From NCBI GenBank assembly GCA_031268385.1, contig JAIRXH010000036.1, positions 3,584-67,583 of the forward strand: 64,000 nucleotides of DNA. The letters run 5' to 3'. The notes under the pieces were generated by a model that was not told the origin of the DNA, searched no databases, and worked only from the letters and a program-made list of their open reading frames with translations. Of this stretch, positions 53,022 to 62,693 are shown piece after piece. Position 1 is the first letter of the stretch. Each line of letters begins with the position of its first letter. The stretch is from Treponema sp. (GTDB lineage: Bacteria > Spirochaetota > Spirochaetia > Treponematales > Breznakiellaceae). Both the position numbers and the translations under genes were made by a program.

Positions 53022-54569
53022 ATGAAAAGAATGTTCTTTGTCATCGCGGCTCTTTTCGGCGCGGTTTTCTCCGCGTCCGGTCAGAACACGGGTCCTGTGG
53101 ATCTGATACTGGTACTGGATACGTCGTCCAGTATGAGCGGCTCCTACCGGGAGGTAAATGATTACCTTACCGGACCTTTCCTCAGGGAATTTCTCCGTAT
53201 AGGCGATACGTTCCACTTTATCCCTTTCGCGGGGGAGGCGTCCGTTGACATTTCCCGCCGCGTTGAGGGAGAGGGGGATGTCGGGACCATACTGGGCCGG
53301 ATACTTCTGGCCTACCCCATGGGACCCGAGTCAAATGTGGAAGGGGCCCTTTCCTTTGCCGGCCGGTATGCGGACACTCTGCCCGCCTCGAGGGGAAAGA
53401 AAATAGTTCTGGTAACCGACGGGGGAGGCGTCCCTTCTCTGGCTTCCCTTGTCGACGCGGCAAAAAGGCGCCTTGAACCGCGGGGAGTAAGCCTTGACGT
53501 TGTTTCCGTTCCCCTTGCCGCCCTCCCCTCCTCGGGCCGTCCCGCAGCGCACCGTCCCGAAACACGGCCGGCCGTAACAAGCCCGGCGGCTCCTCCTTCC
53601 GCGCCCGCGGTCCGCCCGGCTCAGGCGGACGCCCGTACCGCCGAAAGCGGGCCGCCTCCTCCTCTGGCCGCCGCCGAATCTCCAGGTGACGCCGGCGGGA
53701 CGCCCGGCGCCGCGCCGGGCGGTGACGGAGCTTCCGTTCCGGTTCCGGAAAGCGGCGCGGGTCCTGCCGTTCCGGCCGTTCAGGATACGGCGCCGACTGT
53801 CCCGGCTGTTCCCCAGGTTTCCGGGGTTCCCGAAGAAACCGCCGCGCCGGCCGTTCCCGCCTCTCCCCCCGCGGGATTCGCCTTTCCGGCTTTTTCCCTG
53901 GGCATGTTTCCCTATATCGCGGGTCTTGTGATCCTTGTTCTCCTCATCCTGGGGATCATTCTCTTTATCGCCGGGAAGGATCTGCATGGAAGCCCGAACC
54001 GGGCAATTTCCAGGGCCGCGTCGGGGCGTATATCAAAACCGGCGGAGCCTCCTCCCCCGAAGCAGCCGGCGCAGCAGCCGCAACCGCAGCAGCAATCGCC
54101 CGCCGACGGGAGCGCCGATCTTCTTACCAGCTACGCGGCAAGTCAGCGTCCCCGGGTAAGCCCTTATGCCCACCGTTACAAACCCCAGCCTGTTGAATAC
54201 GAGGGACCTCTCATGCTGAATCTGTTTGTGGAAGATCAGAATACCGCCATAGGGAAGCGGAACATACACGCCGTAAAGCAGGGGTATACCTTTACCGTAG
54301 GCGGGGGTAAATCTGATTTTCTCATCTTCCTTGTGCCCATACCTCCCCATATCGGGGAAATACGCTGTGACGGCGGAAGCTGTACCTTTATCCCGAAAAA
54401 GTCCAAATATTTCCCGGATACAGGAGCGCAGCAGATTTCCGACTGCATAGGAAAGATAATACGGGTTGTTTCCGACAAAAACTACGAACTCCACTTCAGG
54501 ATGGAGCGTTACGAAGATCCCCTGCGGGCGCTGAACCGCCTGCTGCGGTCGGTCAGCGTTCCGGGCTGA
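53022..54569 (+). CDS. VWA-domain membrane protein with a Pro/Ala-rich stalk, a TM segment and an FHA-like C-terminal domain
   Basis: ATG at 53022 gives MKRMFFVIAALFGAVFSASG (signal peptide). The MIDAS motif is DLILVLDTSSSMSG. A long P/A-rich region is followed by the TM segment MFPYIAGLVILVLLILGIILFIAG and a Q/P-rich linker. The C-terminal beta-rich domain contains YTFTVGGGKSDFLIFLVPIPPHIGEIRCDGGSCTFIP. Confidence 0.8.
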   Translation: MKRMFFVIAALFGAVFSASGQNTGPVDLILVLDTSSSMSGSYREVNDYLTGPFLREFLRIGDTFHFIPFAGEASVDISRRVEGEGDVGTILGRILLAYPMGPESNVEGALSFAGRYADTLPASRGKKIVLVTDGGGVPSLASLVDAAKRRLEPRGVSLDVVSVPLAALPSSGRPAAHRPETRPAVTSPAAPPSAPAVRPAQADARTAESGPPPPLAAAESPGDAGGTPGAAPGGDGASVPVPESGAGPAVPAVQDTAPTVPAVPQVSGVPEETAAPAVPASPPAGFAFPAFSLGMFPYIAGLVILVLLILGIILFIAGKDLHGSPNRAISRAASGRISKPAEPPPPKQPAQQPQPQQQSPADGSADLLTSYAASQRPRVSPYAHRYKPQPVEYEGPLMLNLFVEDQNTAIGKRNIHAVKQGYTFTVGGGKSDFLIFLVPIPPHIGEIRCDGGSCTFIPKKSKYFPDTGAQQISDCIGKIIRVVSDKNYELHFRMERYEDPLRALNRLLRSVSVPG

Positions 54570-56133
54570 CGGCGGGTGGGGCCAGGGCGGTAAGGATTTC
54601 GAGGGTACGCGCGGCCTTGCGCGCGATGCCCGCGTTTTTGTCCCCCTTCATGGCCTCCACTTCGGGGACAAGGCCGCGTAAACCGTTGTTCGCCGCCATG
54701 TCAAGCGCGTAGATTTTTTCCACAACGCTCCCGGAGGCGAAAAAACGGCGGGCTGTTTCTTCCAGACCGGGCGCCCGCGCCTCTCCTATTACTTTGAGAA
54801 AACCGTTGTAAAGGGCCGTCTGGTTCTTCCTTTTGGCTTCGTCAAGTTCGGCGACAAGCCCGGCGGCAAAGGCGGCGGGTTCATTTTTCATCAGCATTTC
54901 CGATGACAAGATACGTATCCTGTCCGAACCGCTCCTGTCCACAAAAAACTTTTCCAGTATGGCAATACATTCGGCGTTTCCGATGGCCCCAAGCGCCCTG
55001 AGCGCGGCGTCCTTTACCGCGGGAACATCGTCCCGTTCGGCCCTGAAGCGGAGGTAGGGGACGGCCGCCTCGAATTTACGCACCCTGCTCGCCTCGGCGG
55101 CGGCAATCCGGGTGCGGTAGAAAGAATCCCTGAAGGCTTCAAGTATTGCCCTGTCGACAGATTCCCCCGAAAACGCGCCCAGCGCGGCTACGGCGCTGGC
55201 CCTGACATTGGGGTCCCCGTCGTTTATGGCGGCGATTACCGCTTCCAGGCCCGCTTGGTCTCCTATTTTGCCCAGGCTGTCAAGCGCCGCGATGCGAAGG
55301 GGCATGCGTTCCTCGCTGTTTCCCGCTATACCCGCGAGAAATTCGACGGCCTTTTCCGAACCGCCTTCCCCCAGGGCGGTAATGATCTCCCGGCGGTTTT
55401 CATCTCCCGGATCGCGGTTGGTGTAGTAGTCAACAAGATACAGGGCCGCGTCGCCGGCGGATTCACTGTCGGCCGCCGAAGCCCGGCCCAGCGCCCTGAA
55501 AGCCGTATTCATGAAGCGGCGTTCTTCCGAATCGAGAATAGCCTTGAGGGACTTGAGGGCGACGGCGGCCTTGATCTTTCCCAGGTAATCAATGGCGGTA
55601 AGAACCGTTTCGCCCGATTCCTCGTCCCACTCCTCAAGGGCCCTTACCGCCCGCTCTTCAAGGCCCGGTTTTTGCCGGTCGCCGAAAAAGGAAAAGACCC
55701 CGGAAAGTATATTCCGGTTTCTGGTGTTTTGTACCAGCGCCGCAAGCTCATCGTCAAGATAGTCGGCGTTTTCGTTTTTAAGGGTCTGGATGAGGGAAGC
55801 GATTTCCGTCTCGGTGCCGTAGCGTATGGTCGCGTAACGGGCGGCCTCCACGGTATTCTCCGCGAATTTTTCAGGTTCAGGCGATCCCGGCAAGGCTCCG
55901 GCGGCGGAATCTTCCGCGGCCGGAACGGCCGGATTTTCCGCCGACGGAGGGGCTTCGGCGGCCATTTCTGTCTCTTCCGTGCTTTTCACATCTTCCTGTG
56001 CGCACATTCCCGTTGCCGTCATAAAAATCATACATACCGCGAAAAATTCTCCGGCAAAAAATGACGGCGGTTTCAATGCCGCCCTGTTTTCCGGGAATGT
56101 TGTGTGTTTTTTTGCTTTGACCGCTTTTATCAT
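54553..56133 (-). CDS. HEAT-repeat (PBS-lyase type) protein, secreted or anchored
   Basis: ATG at 56133 gives MIKAVKAKK...FFAVCMIFMTATGMCAQ. HEAT-like repeats include DPNVRASAVAALGAF, VKDAALRALGAIGNAE and RIAALDSLGKIGD. The track TTG at 56199 would overlap tgt by 53 nt. Confidence 0.75.
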   Translation of the reverse strand: MIKAVKAKKHTTFPENRAALKPPSFFAGEFFAVCMIFMTATGMCAQEDVKSTEETEMAAEAPPSAENPAVPAAEDSAAGALPGSPEPEKFAENTVEAARYATIRYGTETEIASLIQTLKNENADYLDDELAALVQNTRNRNILSGVFSFFGDRQKPGLEERAVRALEEWDEESGETVLTAIDYLGKIKAAVALKSLKAILDSEERRFMNTAFRALGRASAADSESAGDAALYLVDYYTNRDPGDENRREIITALGEGGSEKAVEFLAGIAGNSEERMPLRIAALDSLGKIGDQAGLEAVIAAINDGDPNVRASAVAALGAFSGESVDRAILEAFRDSFYRTRIAAAEASRVRKFEAAVPYLRFRAERDDVPAVKDAALRALGAIGNAECIAILEKFFVDRSGSDRIRILSSEMLMKNEPAAFAAGLVAELDEAKRKNQTALYNGFLKVIGEARAPGLEETARRFFASGSVVEKIYALDMAANNGLRGLVPEVEAMKGDKNAGIARKAARTLEILTALAPPAVSPER

Positions 56134-56146
56134 TCCGCAAACTCCG

Positions 56147-57289
56147 TTATTGTTCCCGTTCTTCAAAACGGGCAAGAAATTCCCTCTTGAAAGAAACAAA
56201 GCTGTCCCCGTCTATGGCCTTCGCGGCGTTCCGCACCAGATCATGCAAGAAATACAGGTTGTGGTAACTTGCCAGCATGGAACAGAGGATCTCCCCGGAT
56301 TTGAAGAGATGCCGAAGATAGGCACGGCTGTATTCCCGGCATACTTTGCATCCGCACTCTTCATCTATCGGCCTGAAATCAAGCCGGTTTTCGGCTTTTT
56401 TCAGGGAAAAAGGACCGTTCCGCGAAAAAACAAGACCGTTCCTGCCCGTCCGGGTCGGCAGGACACAGTCAAACATGTCTATCCCCTGTTCCACCGCCTC
56501 CAGTATGTAACGGGGGGTTCCTATACCCATCACATAACGGGGTTTATCCGGGGGAAGAAGGGAAGCGGTACGAGCCAGAAATTCGGCGAAAACCTCTTCC
56601 GGCTCGCCCACCGAAAGCCCCCCTATGGCGATGCCCGGCGTATCCGCCTCCGAGGCAATTGCCGCGCTCCGTTCCCGAAGATCCCCGAAAAAACCGCCCT
56701 GCACTATGGCAAAAAGGCTGCCCCCCCGGCCTTCCTTCCTCTTTTCTTCCCAGGCCTTTTTCGCGCGCGCAAGCCAGGCGGCGCTTACAGTGAGGGCCTC
56801 CTCCGTTTCTTTCCGTGAAGCGCCCCAGCCCGAGCATACATCAAGCTGCATCTGTATGTCGCTTCCAAGAATGGTCTGTATGTCCACCACCTTTTCGGGA
56901 TCAAGAAAATGCCGGGAGCCGTCAATATGGGACTGAAAGCTCACCCCTTCCTCCCGTATTTTCCTGAGACGGGCAAGGGAAAAGATCTGAAATCCCCCCG
57001 AATCGGTCAATATGTTCCCCGGCCACCCCATAAAACGGTGAAGCCCCCCCGCGGCGTCCAGGACATCCGTTCCGGGACGCAGGTACAGGTGATAGGTATT
57101 GGAAAGAATGATGTGAAATCCTATTTCCTCAAGATCGTTCCGGGTAAGGGCCTTGACGGTTCCGCAGGTTCCCACCGGCATGAACACGGGGGTGGATACG
57201 GTCCCGTGGGGCAGGAACAGGGCGCCTGTCCGCGCCCGCGACGAGGCGTCCCTGTGCCTTTCGGAAAAAATCATACCGGCGGCGTTCAT
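56147..57289 (-). CDS. tgt: tRNA-guanine transglycosylase (queuine tRNA-ribosyltransferase)
   Basis: Motifs are TPVFMPVGTCGTVK, ILSNTYHLYLRPG, LTDSGGFQ, GLSVGEP and the zinc site CxC...C...H (CGCKVCREYSRAYLRHL). The ATG overlaps the upstream TGA. Confidence 0.95.
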   Translation of the reverse strand: MNAAGMIFSERHRDASSRARTGALFLPHGTVSTPVFMPVGTCGTVKALTRNDLEEIGFHIILSNTYHLYLRPGTDVLDAAGGLHRFMGWPGNILTDSGGFQIFSLARLRKIREEGVSFQSHIDGSRHFLDPEKVVDIQTILGSDIQMQLDVCSGWGASRKETEEALTVSAAWLARAKKAWEEKRKEGRGGSLFAIVQGGFFGDLRERSAAIASEADTPGIAIGGLSVGEPEEVFAEFLARTASLLPPDKPRYVMGIGTPRYILEAVEQGIDMFDCVLPTRTGRNGLVFSRNGPFSLKKAENRLDFRPIDEECGCKVCREYSRAYLRHLFKSGEILCSMLASYHNLYFLHDLVRNAAKAIDGDSFVSFKREFLARFEEREQ

Positions 57290-58350
57290 GTTTTCGCGTT
57301 TCTCAAAAGGAGAAAGCCTATGAATACAAAGGACAATACCGGAAACCAGGCTCCCGCGAACGGCGGAATATAGCCGAGTTTTGCCATCATCATGCTGATC
57401 ATTTCCATGACATAATAAACAACCGCCGACACGAGGCTGGCAAGAAGGCTCATGAGGAGGATATTTTTTTTGAAACGGCCCCCCATGGAAATGGAAAGGA
57501 GCATTACCACGAGTGAAACGGCCGGAAAGGAAAAACGGTGGTAATAGTCCGCCAGCGCCTCGGTAAAGGGAAGCCCTGCCCCCCGCAGATCCTTTATAAG
57601 AAGCCCCGCGTCTCGCACGGGAAGCTCTTCGGCTTCCACCGCGTTCCGCCTGAACGCGCCTGGTTCTTCCCGGTACCTTTCCGTTCCGGTCATGGGCCGT
57701 ACAGCGAGCATTTCCCCTTCATACTCGTAGATTACCGCGCCTGAAAGATTCCAGTGTTCACCGTTCCAGAAAGCCTGGGGAGACCGGATCAGGGAAACAA
57801 ACCGTCCGTCTTCGTCAAGTTCCACAATACTAAGCCCGTTCAGCGCTTCCTCGACAAAATCGTAAAAATCAACCGAGTAAACAAGTTTTCCGCCTTCCGC
57901 CTTGATGACAATGTCGGAATTGTTTTCCGTCCGCTGCTGGTGAAGCAGCGCGCGGGAAAGTTCGTTCTTCATTCTGAGGGTGGGAATTACCACCAAATCG
58001 TCGAAAAAGAAAGAAAAACAGGAAGCGGAAAAGCCTATGACAAGGAGGGAAATACTGAAACGCCAAAACGGAACGCCCGAGGAAAAAATCGATGTCAGTT
58101 CGTTCTTGCCGTAAAAATCCCCCAGGGTATAGGCGGCGGCGAAGAGCAGGGAAATGGGAAGGGCGTAAGAAAGGCTCTTGGGAACATAGTACAGGCTTAC
58201 CCTGAAAATATCCGCCGCCGCCACTTCGTATTGAAGGTAGCGCCAGAGATTCGCGAAAAGTTCTATGAGGCCAAGGAGCATAACGAACATCGCCGTGGCA
58301 ATGAAGAAGATGGGAGAAAACTGCCGCACAAGATAACGGTCAAGTATCAT
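57286..58350 (-). CDS. LptF/LptG-family (YjgP/YjgQ) permease
   Basis: ATG at 58350 overlaps the upstream TGA (ATGA). The product begins MILDRYLVRQFSPIFFIATAMFVMLLGLIELF, which is typical of the family. The architecture is polytopic with a central periplasmic domain. Confidence 0.85.
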   Translation of the reverse strand: MILDRYLVRQFSPIFFIATAMFVMLLGLIELFANLWRYLQYEVAAADIFRVSLYYVPKSLSYALPISLLFAAAYTLGDFYGKNELTSIFSSGVPFWRFSISLLVIGFSASCFSFFFDDLVVIPTLRMKNELSRALLHQQRTENNSDIVIKAEGGKLVYSVDFYDFVEEALNGLSIVELDEDGRFVSLIRSPQAFWNGEHWNLSGAVIYEYEGEMLAVRPMTGTERYREEPGAFRRNAVEAEELPVRDAGLLIKDLRGAGLPFTEALADYYHRFSFPAVSLVVMLLSISMGGRFKKNILLMSLLASLVSAVVYYVMEMISMMMAKLGYIPPFAGAWFPVLSFVFIGFLLLRNAKT

Positions 58351-59630
58351 TTTTTTACCCGCAGAATGCACATGACAAGCCCGGCGGAAACGGCCAGCAT
58401 GTTGGGCAGCCACATGGTCCAGAACGGCGAATACCCCAGACGGAGCCCCATGGTCTGCCCGCTCAGAAGCAGCACCCAGTACACGACCGAAATGATAAGG
58501 CCGAAAATAAACCCCACCGTCTGCCCGCTTTTTTTCGCCAGAAAGCCAAGGGAAACCGAAAGGAACACAAAGGAAATGGCCCCAAAGGGAATGGAAAATT
58601 TTTTGTAGTATTCGAGCCGGTAAACAAGGAGGCCGCGGTCGTCCCTGGCCATTTTCGCGGATTCCTTTTCGCGGAGAAGGGAAAGGGCAAGATTTTCCCG
58701 GCTGTTCCAGGCCGCGCTTCCCGGTCCCCCGCGAAGGCTTTCCTCAAGCGCCAGCGCCGCCGAGGTGATCCTCATATTCCTTTCGTTGAGCCGTTCCATG
58801 AGGACTTCTTCCCTGGCGCGTATTTCCCGCCGCACATCGGTGGAACTCATTTCACGGGGACCAATGGCGGAAACCGCCTCTATAAGATCCTCCTGGGGAA
58901 CCCGGTAGCGGAGAAAACCGCTCGACGCGTAATCGTAATCACGGCGGGCCACTTCCCTGGAAGACTGGACAAAAGCCTCCTCCAGTTCCAGACTGAGCCC
59001 TTCCTTTCCCCCGTCCCTGAGTTCCGCGCTGGCGGCAAGGATAACCCGCCGTTCACCGTCGCTTGTCCTGTCCAGAATAAGCACATTCCCCACCCTGGCG
59101 CCCGACACGTCCCCGGTAACTATTACCGTATCCCTGAAACGCTTTACCGAATTGGCCTCCAGTTCCAGCGCCGGCGTGGAAACAAGAATGCGCCGGTACA
59201 GCCGGGTAAACTGGACGGTTCCCGCGGGAAGCAGCACGTCGTTGGCGACAAAGGAGATGAGGGAGATAACAAGCCCCACCGCGACGGCGGGCAGAAAGAT
59301 GTTCCTGTAGGAAAGGCCCGAAGAAAGCATTACCAGCACTTCATTGTCGCTTGTAAGCCGCCCTATCGTCATGAGGGTTCCCACAAGGGACGCGAAAGGG
59401 GCGGCCATGGCGATAATCGAGGGAAGGGCGTAAAGGACAAGCAGGGCCACCTGGCCCAGAGGCACCCGCTTGGTGAGGATCTCCTGCGCCATAAGGAGAA
59501 GCTGGTTTACAAAAAAGATGAAAAAGAAAAAGAGGAAGGATACAAAAAAAGAGAACATGGTTTCCGATACTATGTATCTGAAAATGATGGGTGAAAGGGA
59601 ACGTGCGGGCGGGACCGCGCTCTTTTCCAT
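58347..59630 (-). CDS. LptF/LptG-family (YjgP/YjgQ) permease
   Basis: ATG at 59630 gives MEKSAVPPARSLSPIIFRYIVSETMFSFFVSFLFFFFIFFVNQLL. The track start at 59738 would overlap dut. Confidence 0.85.
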   Translation of the reverse strand: MEKSAVPPARSLSPIIFRYIVSETMFSFFVSFLFFFFIFFVNQLLLMAQEILTKRVPLGQVALLVLYALPSIIAMAAPFASLVGTLMTIGRLTSDNEVLVMLSSGLSYRNIFLPAVAVGLVISLISFVANDVLLPAGTVQFTRLYRRILVSTPALELEANSVKRFRDTVIVTGDVSGARVGNVLILDRTSDGERRVILAASAELRDGGKEGLSLELEEAFVQSSREVARRDYDYASSGFLRYRVPQEDLIEAVSAIGPREMSSTDVRREIRAREEVLMERLNERNMRITSAALALEESLRGGPGSAAWNSRENLALSLLREKESAKMARDDRGLLVYRLEYYKKFSIPFGAISFVFLSVSLGFLAKKSGQTVGFIFGLIISVVYWVLLLSGQTMGLRLGYSPFWTMWLPNMLAVSAGLVMCILRVKK

Positions 59631-59646
59631 ACCGTGACGCTTCCCC

Positions 59647-60087
59647 CTACATTCCCGTCGAGCCGAAGCCGGAGGCGCCGCGCTCCGTTTTTCCAAGGCT
59701 TTCCGCTTCGGCGATACGGACGCGGCATACCGGAGCAACCACCATCTGGGCTATGCGGTCTCCGTTTTTCACCGTAAAAGGTTCGTTTCCAAGGTTTACC
59801 AGAAGAATTTCCAGCTCTCCCCGGTAATCGGCGTCTATGGTTCCCGGCGCGTTGAGCACCGTTACCCCGTACCTGAACGCCAGCCCCGACCTTGGACGTA
59901 TCTGCCCCTCAAAGCCCGGAGGAAGTTCAGGAAAAAGACCTGTGGGAATCTTTACCCGCGCCGAGGGCGGAATAACCCTGTCCTCCCTGACGTGGGCCTT
60001 CAAATCCATCCCCGCCGCTCCCCCGCTTTCATAACGGGGAAGGGACACATCCGGATCTTTTCGCGCGAATTTTACCACAGTTTCCAC
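59647..60087 (-). CDS. dut: dUTP diphosphatase
   Basis: The in-frame GTG at 60087 follows GGGGGA and gives a 146-aa product, (M)ETVVKFARKDPDVSLPRYESGGAAGMDL...GTIDADYRGEL...ERGASGFGSTG. The longer track ORF, starting at 60249, would overlap the pnp 3' end by >100 nt. Confidence 0.8.
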   Translation of the reverse strand: METVVKFARKDPDVSLPRYESGGAAGMDLKAHVREDRVIPPSARVKIPTGLFPELPPGFEGQIRPRSGLAFRYGVTVLNAPGTIDADYRGELEILLVNLGNEPFTVKNGDRIAQMVVAPVCRVRIAEAESLGKTERGASGFGSTGM

Positions 60088-60130
60088 AGATCCCCCGGAC
60101 GCCGCGGCCCTCGGGCCGTCCCGTCCCGCG

Positions 60131-62332
60131 TCAACGGCGGCCGCGATCCCTGGAACGGTCCCTGCCGCCGTTTCCCCGGCCCGAACCGCCGCCATACGAA
60201 CTTCCCTCGCCATAGGACGGCCGGCTTTCGGAAGCTCCGTCAGGATCAATGGCGTCTATGTAGGAAAGGTTGAGCCTTCCCATTTTGTCAATTTCAAGAA
60301 GTTTGACCTGAATCTCCTGTCCTTCCTTGACCACATCGGTAACGGAGTTGATGCGCTGGCGGGAAAGTCTTGAGATGTGGACAAGTCCTTCCTTGCCGGG
60401 AAGTATTTCCACAAAGGCGCCGAAATCCATGACGCGCTTTACAACCCCGTCGTACACACGGCCCACTTCGGGATCGGAAACTATCCCCATAACGGCGGCC
60501 TTTGCCTCTTCGGCGTTTTGGGCGGTTTTGCCGTAAATGGTAACCGTCCCGTCATTTTCGGTATTGATGGTTACCGAATACTGCTCGCAGATTGCCTTGA
60601 TGTTCTTCCCGCCGGGGCCTATAAGGGCGCCTATCTTGTCTATTTCTATACGGACGGTGATGATCTTGGGGGCGTACTCGCTGATTTCGCTGCTGGGCCT
60701 GTTTATTGTCCCGTTCATGATCGAAAGAATGTGAAGCCTGCCCCGTTTCGCCTGATCCATGGCGTTCCGCATGATTTCCGGACTCACGCCGGCGATCTTG
60801 ATGTCCATCTGGAAACCGGTGATCCCGTCTTCGGTACCCGCGACCTTGAAATCCATATCGCCCAGGTGATCTTCCTCACCCAGTATGTCCGAAAGGATGG
60901 CGTAACGGCTGTCCGGCCGGGTACTTTCGGTAATAAGCCCCATGGCAATGCCGGCGACCGGCTTCTTCATGGGCACCCCGGCGTGGAGCATGGAAAGGGT
61001 TCCCCCGCAAACCGACGCCATTGACGAGGAGCCGTTTGATTCCATGATCTCCGAAACCACCCGTACCGTGTAGGGAAATTCCTCCTTGGAGGGAACCATG
61101 GCCTTGAGGGCGCGGTGGGCAAGGTTTCCGTGCCCTATTTCCCGCCTGCCTGTGCCCATGCGTCCTACTTCCCCCACCGAATAAGGGGGGAAATTGTAGT
61201 GAAGGATGAAATTTTCCCGCTTGTCGCCTTCTATGTCGTCGTAGATCTGTTCGTCAAAAACCGTCCCCAGCGTGGTAACGGCGAGGGCCTGCGTTTCGCC
61301 CCGTGTAAAGAGGGCCGAACCGTGAGTACGGGGAAGAATACCCACCTCGCAGGTGATATTCCGTATGTCTTCGGTTCCCCGGCCGTCCACACGCCTTCCC
61401 TTTTCAAGGATGGAGGAACGGAGAATTTCGTACTGCATGTCTTCAAAGAGGGCGCCAAAGAGTTTTTTCTGGTTTTCATCTTCAAGCTGTGCGGCGTATT
61501 GGGACGCGGCGCCGGCCTTTACCTCGGCGATGCCGTTGTGGCGTTCGTGTTTGGTGGGGAGAAAACAGGCTTTTTCCAGCAGGGGCCAGGCGGCCTCGCG
61601 TATGGCGGCGGCGTTTTCAAGGCTGTGCGACGCCTGGGTAAGGGGAAGTTTTTCCTTTCCCGCAAGTTCCCGGAGCCTGTCCTGGAGGCCGCACAGTTCC
61701 CGTATTATCCCGCTGGCCTTTTCCAGCGCCTCCAGCATGAGATCCTCGCCAACTTCCCTGGCGCCCCCTTCCACCATAGTGATCCCGTCCTTTGTGCCCG
61801 CGACCACAATTTCAAGGGTCGAGCGTTCGATTTCGTCGTAGGCGGGATTGACGACAAGCTGGCCGTTTACCTGGCAGATACGCACACCGGCGACAGGCCC
61901 GTTAAAGGGAATGCCGGAAATGTGAACCGCCGCGGAAGACGCGATAATCGCCAGTATGTCGGGGGGATTGACCTGATCGGCCGACAGGGTGGTCGGCACC
62001 ACCTGAATTTCCCGACCGAAGCTCTTTTCGAACAGGGGCCGCATGGGCCTGTCTATCAGCCGGGAGACAAGAATTTCCTTGTCTTTGGGCCGCCCTTCCC
62101 GTTTGATAAACCCCCCGGGGATCTTTCCGGCGGCGTAGTATTTTTCATTGTAGTCGACCGTAAGGGGAACATAATCAAGACCTTCCACCGCGTCCTGCGA
62201 TGAACACGCCGTGGCGATAACCGCGGAACCCGCGTACCGGGCGAAAACCGCGCCGCCGGCCTGTTTTGCCATTCTGCCGGTTTCAAGGATCAATTCCTTG
62301 CCGGCTATTGTGTAACTAACCTGTTGAACCAT
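60131..62332 (-). CDS. pnp: polyribonucleotide nucleotidyltransferase (PNPase)
   Basis: Two RNase PH domains (GRREIGHG), a KH domain (IGPGGKNIK), an S1 domain (VYDGVVKRVMDFGAFVEILPGKEGLVHIS), and an RG-rich tail. Confidence 0.95.
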   Translation of the reverse strand: MVQQVSYTIAGKELILETGRMAKQAGGAVFARYAGSAVIATACSSQDAVEGLDYVPLTVDYNEKYYAAGKIPGGFIKREGRPKDKEILVSRLIDRPMRPLFEKSFGREIQVVPTTLSADQVNPPDILAIIASSAAVHISGIPFNGPVAGVRICQVNGQLVVNPAYDEIERSTLEIVVAGTKDGITMVEGGAREVGEDLMLEALEKASGIIRELCGLQDRLRELAGKEKLPLTQASHSLENAAAIREAAWPLLEKACFLPTKHERHNGIAEVKAGAASQYAAQLEDENQKKLFGALFEDMQYEILRSSILEKGRRVDGRGTEDIRNITCEVGILPRTHGSALFTRGETQALAVTTLGTVFDEQIYDDIEGDKRENFILHYNFPPYSVGEVGRMGTGRREIGHGNLAHRALKAMVPSKEEFPYTVRVVSEIMESNGSSSMASVCGGTLSMLHAGVPMKKPVAGIAMGLITESTRPDSRYAILSDILGEEDHLGDMDFKVAGTEDGITGFQMDIKIAGVSPEIMRNAMDQAKRGRLHILSIMNGTINRPSSEISEYAPKIITVRIEIDKIGALIGPGGKNIKAICEQYSVTINTENDGTVTIYGKTAQNAEEAKAAVMGIVSDPEVGRVYDGVVKRVMDFGAFVEILPGKEGLVHISRLSRQRINSVTDVVKEGQEIQVKLLEIDKMGRLNLSYIDAIDPDGASESRPSYGEGSSYGGGSGRGNGGRDRSRDRGRR

Positions 62333-62361
62333 TTTTTCCTTGTGATTGAAGTGTTAGACCC

Positions 62362-62631
62362 TTACTTGCGGAGGCCTAATTCCTGAATGATGGAACGGTA
62401 TTTTTCAAGGTTGACGCGCTGAATGTACTTCAGCATGCGCCGCCGCTTGCCGACCAGGATTAAAAGGCCCCGCTGGCTTGATTTATCCTTCTTGAACTGT
62501 TTGCAGTGCTCCGTAAGCTGATTGATACGCTTGGTGAGCAGGGCAATCTGGACCTCCGACGCGCCCGTGTCCTTTTCGTTTTTTCCGAATTTGAGCACCG
62601 TCGAAGTCACTTCTTCCTTGCTTAATGCCAT
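62362..62631 (-). CDS. rpsO: 30S ribosomal protein S15
   Basis: ATG at 62631 follows AAGGAG. The 89-aa product reads MALSKEEVTSTVLKFGKNEKDTGASEVQIALLTKRINQLTEH...GLLILVGKRRRMLKY. Confidence 0.95.
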   Translation of the reverse strand: MALSKEEVTSTVLKFGKNEKDTGASEVQIALLTKRINQLTEHCKQFKKDKSSQRGLLILVGKRRRMLKYIQRVNLEKYRSIIQELGLRK

Positions 62632-62693
62632 ATATACTACACTCCTTGAAAACCTTATGGAGGCGAATCGCACGGAAACGCCTGTGCGGACCG

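Noticed and set aside
60088-60249. The N-terminal 54-codon extension of the dut ORF.
   Set aside because: It overlaps the pnp 3' end by >100 nt and is Ala/Gly/Arg-rich. dUTPase homology begins right after the internal GTG at 60087, which has its own SD-like GGGGGA.
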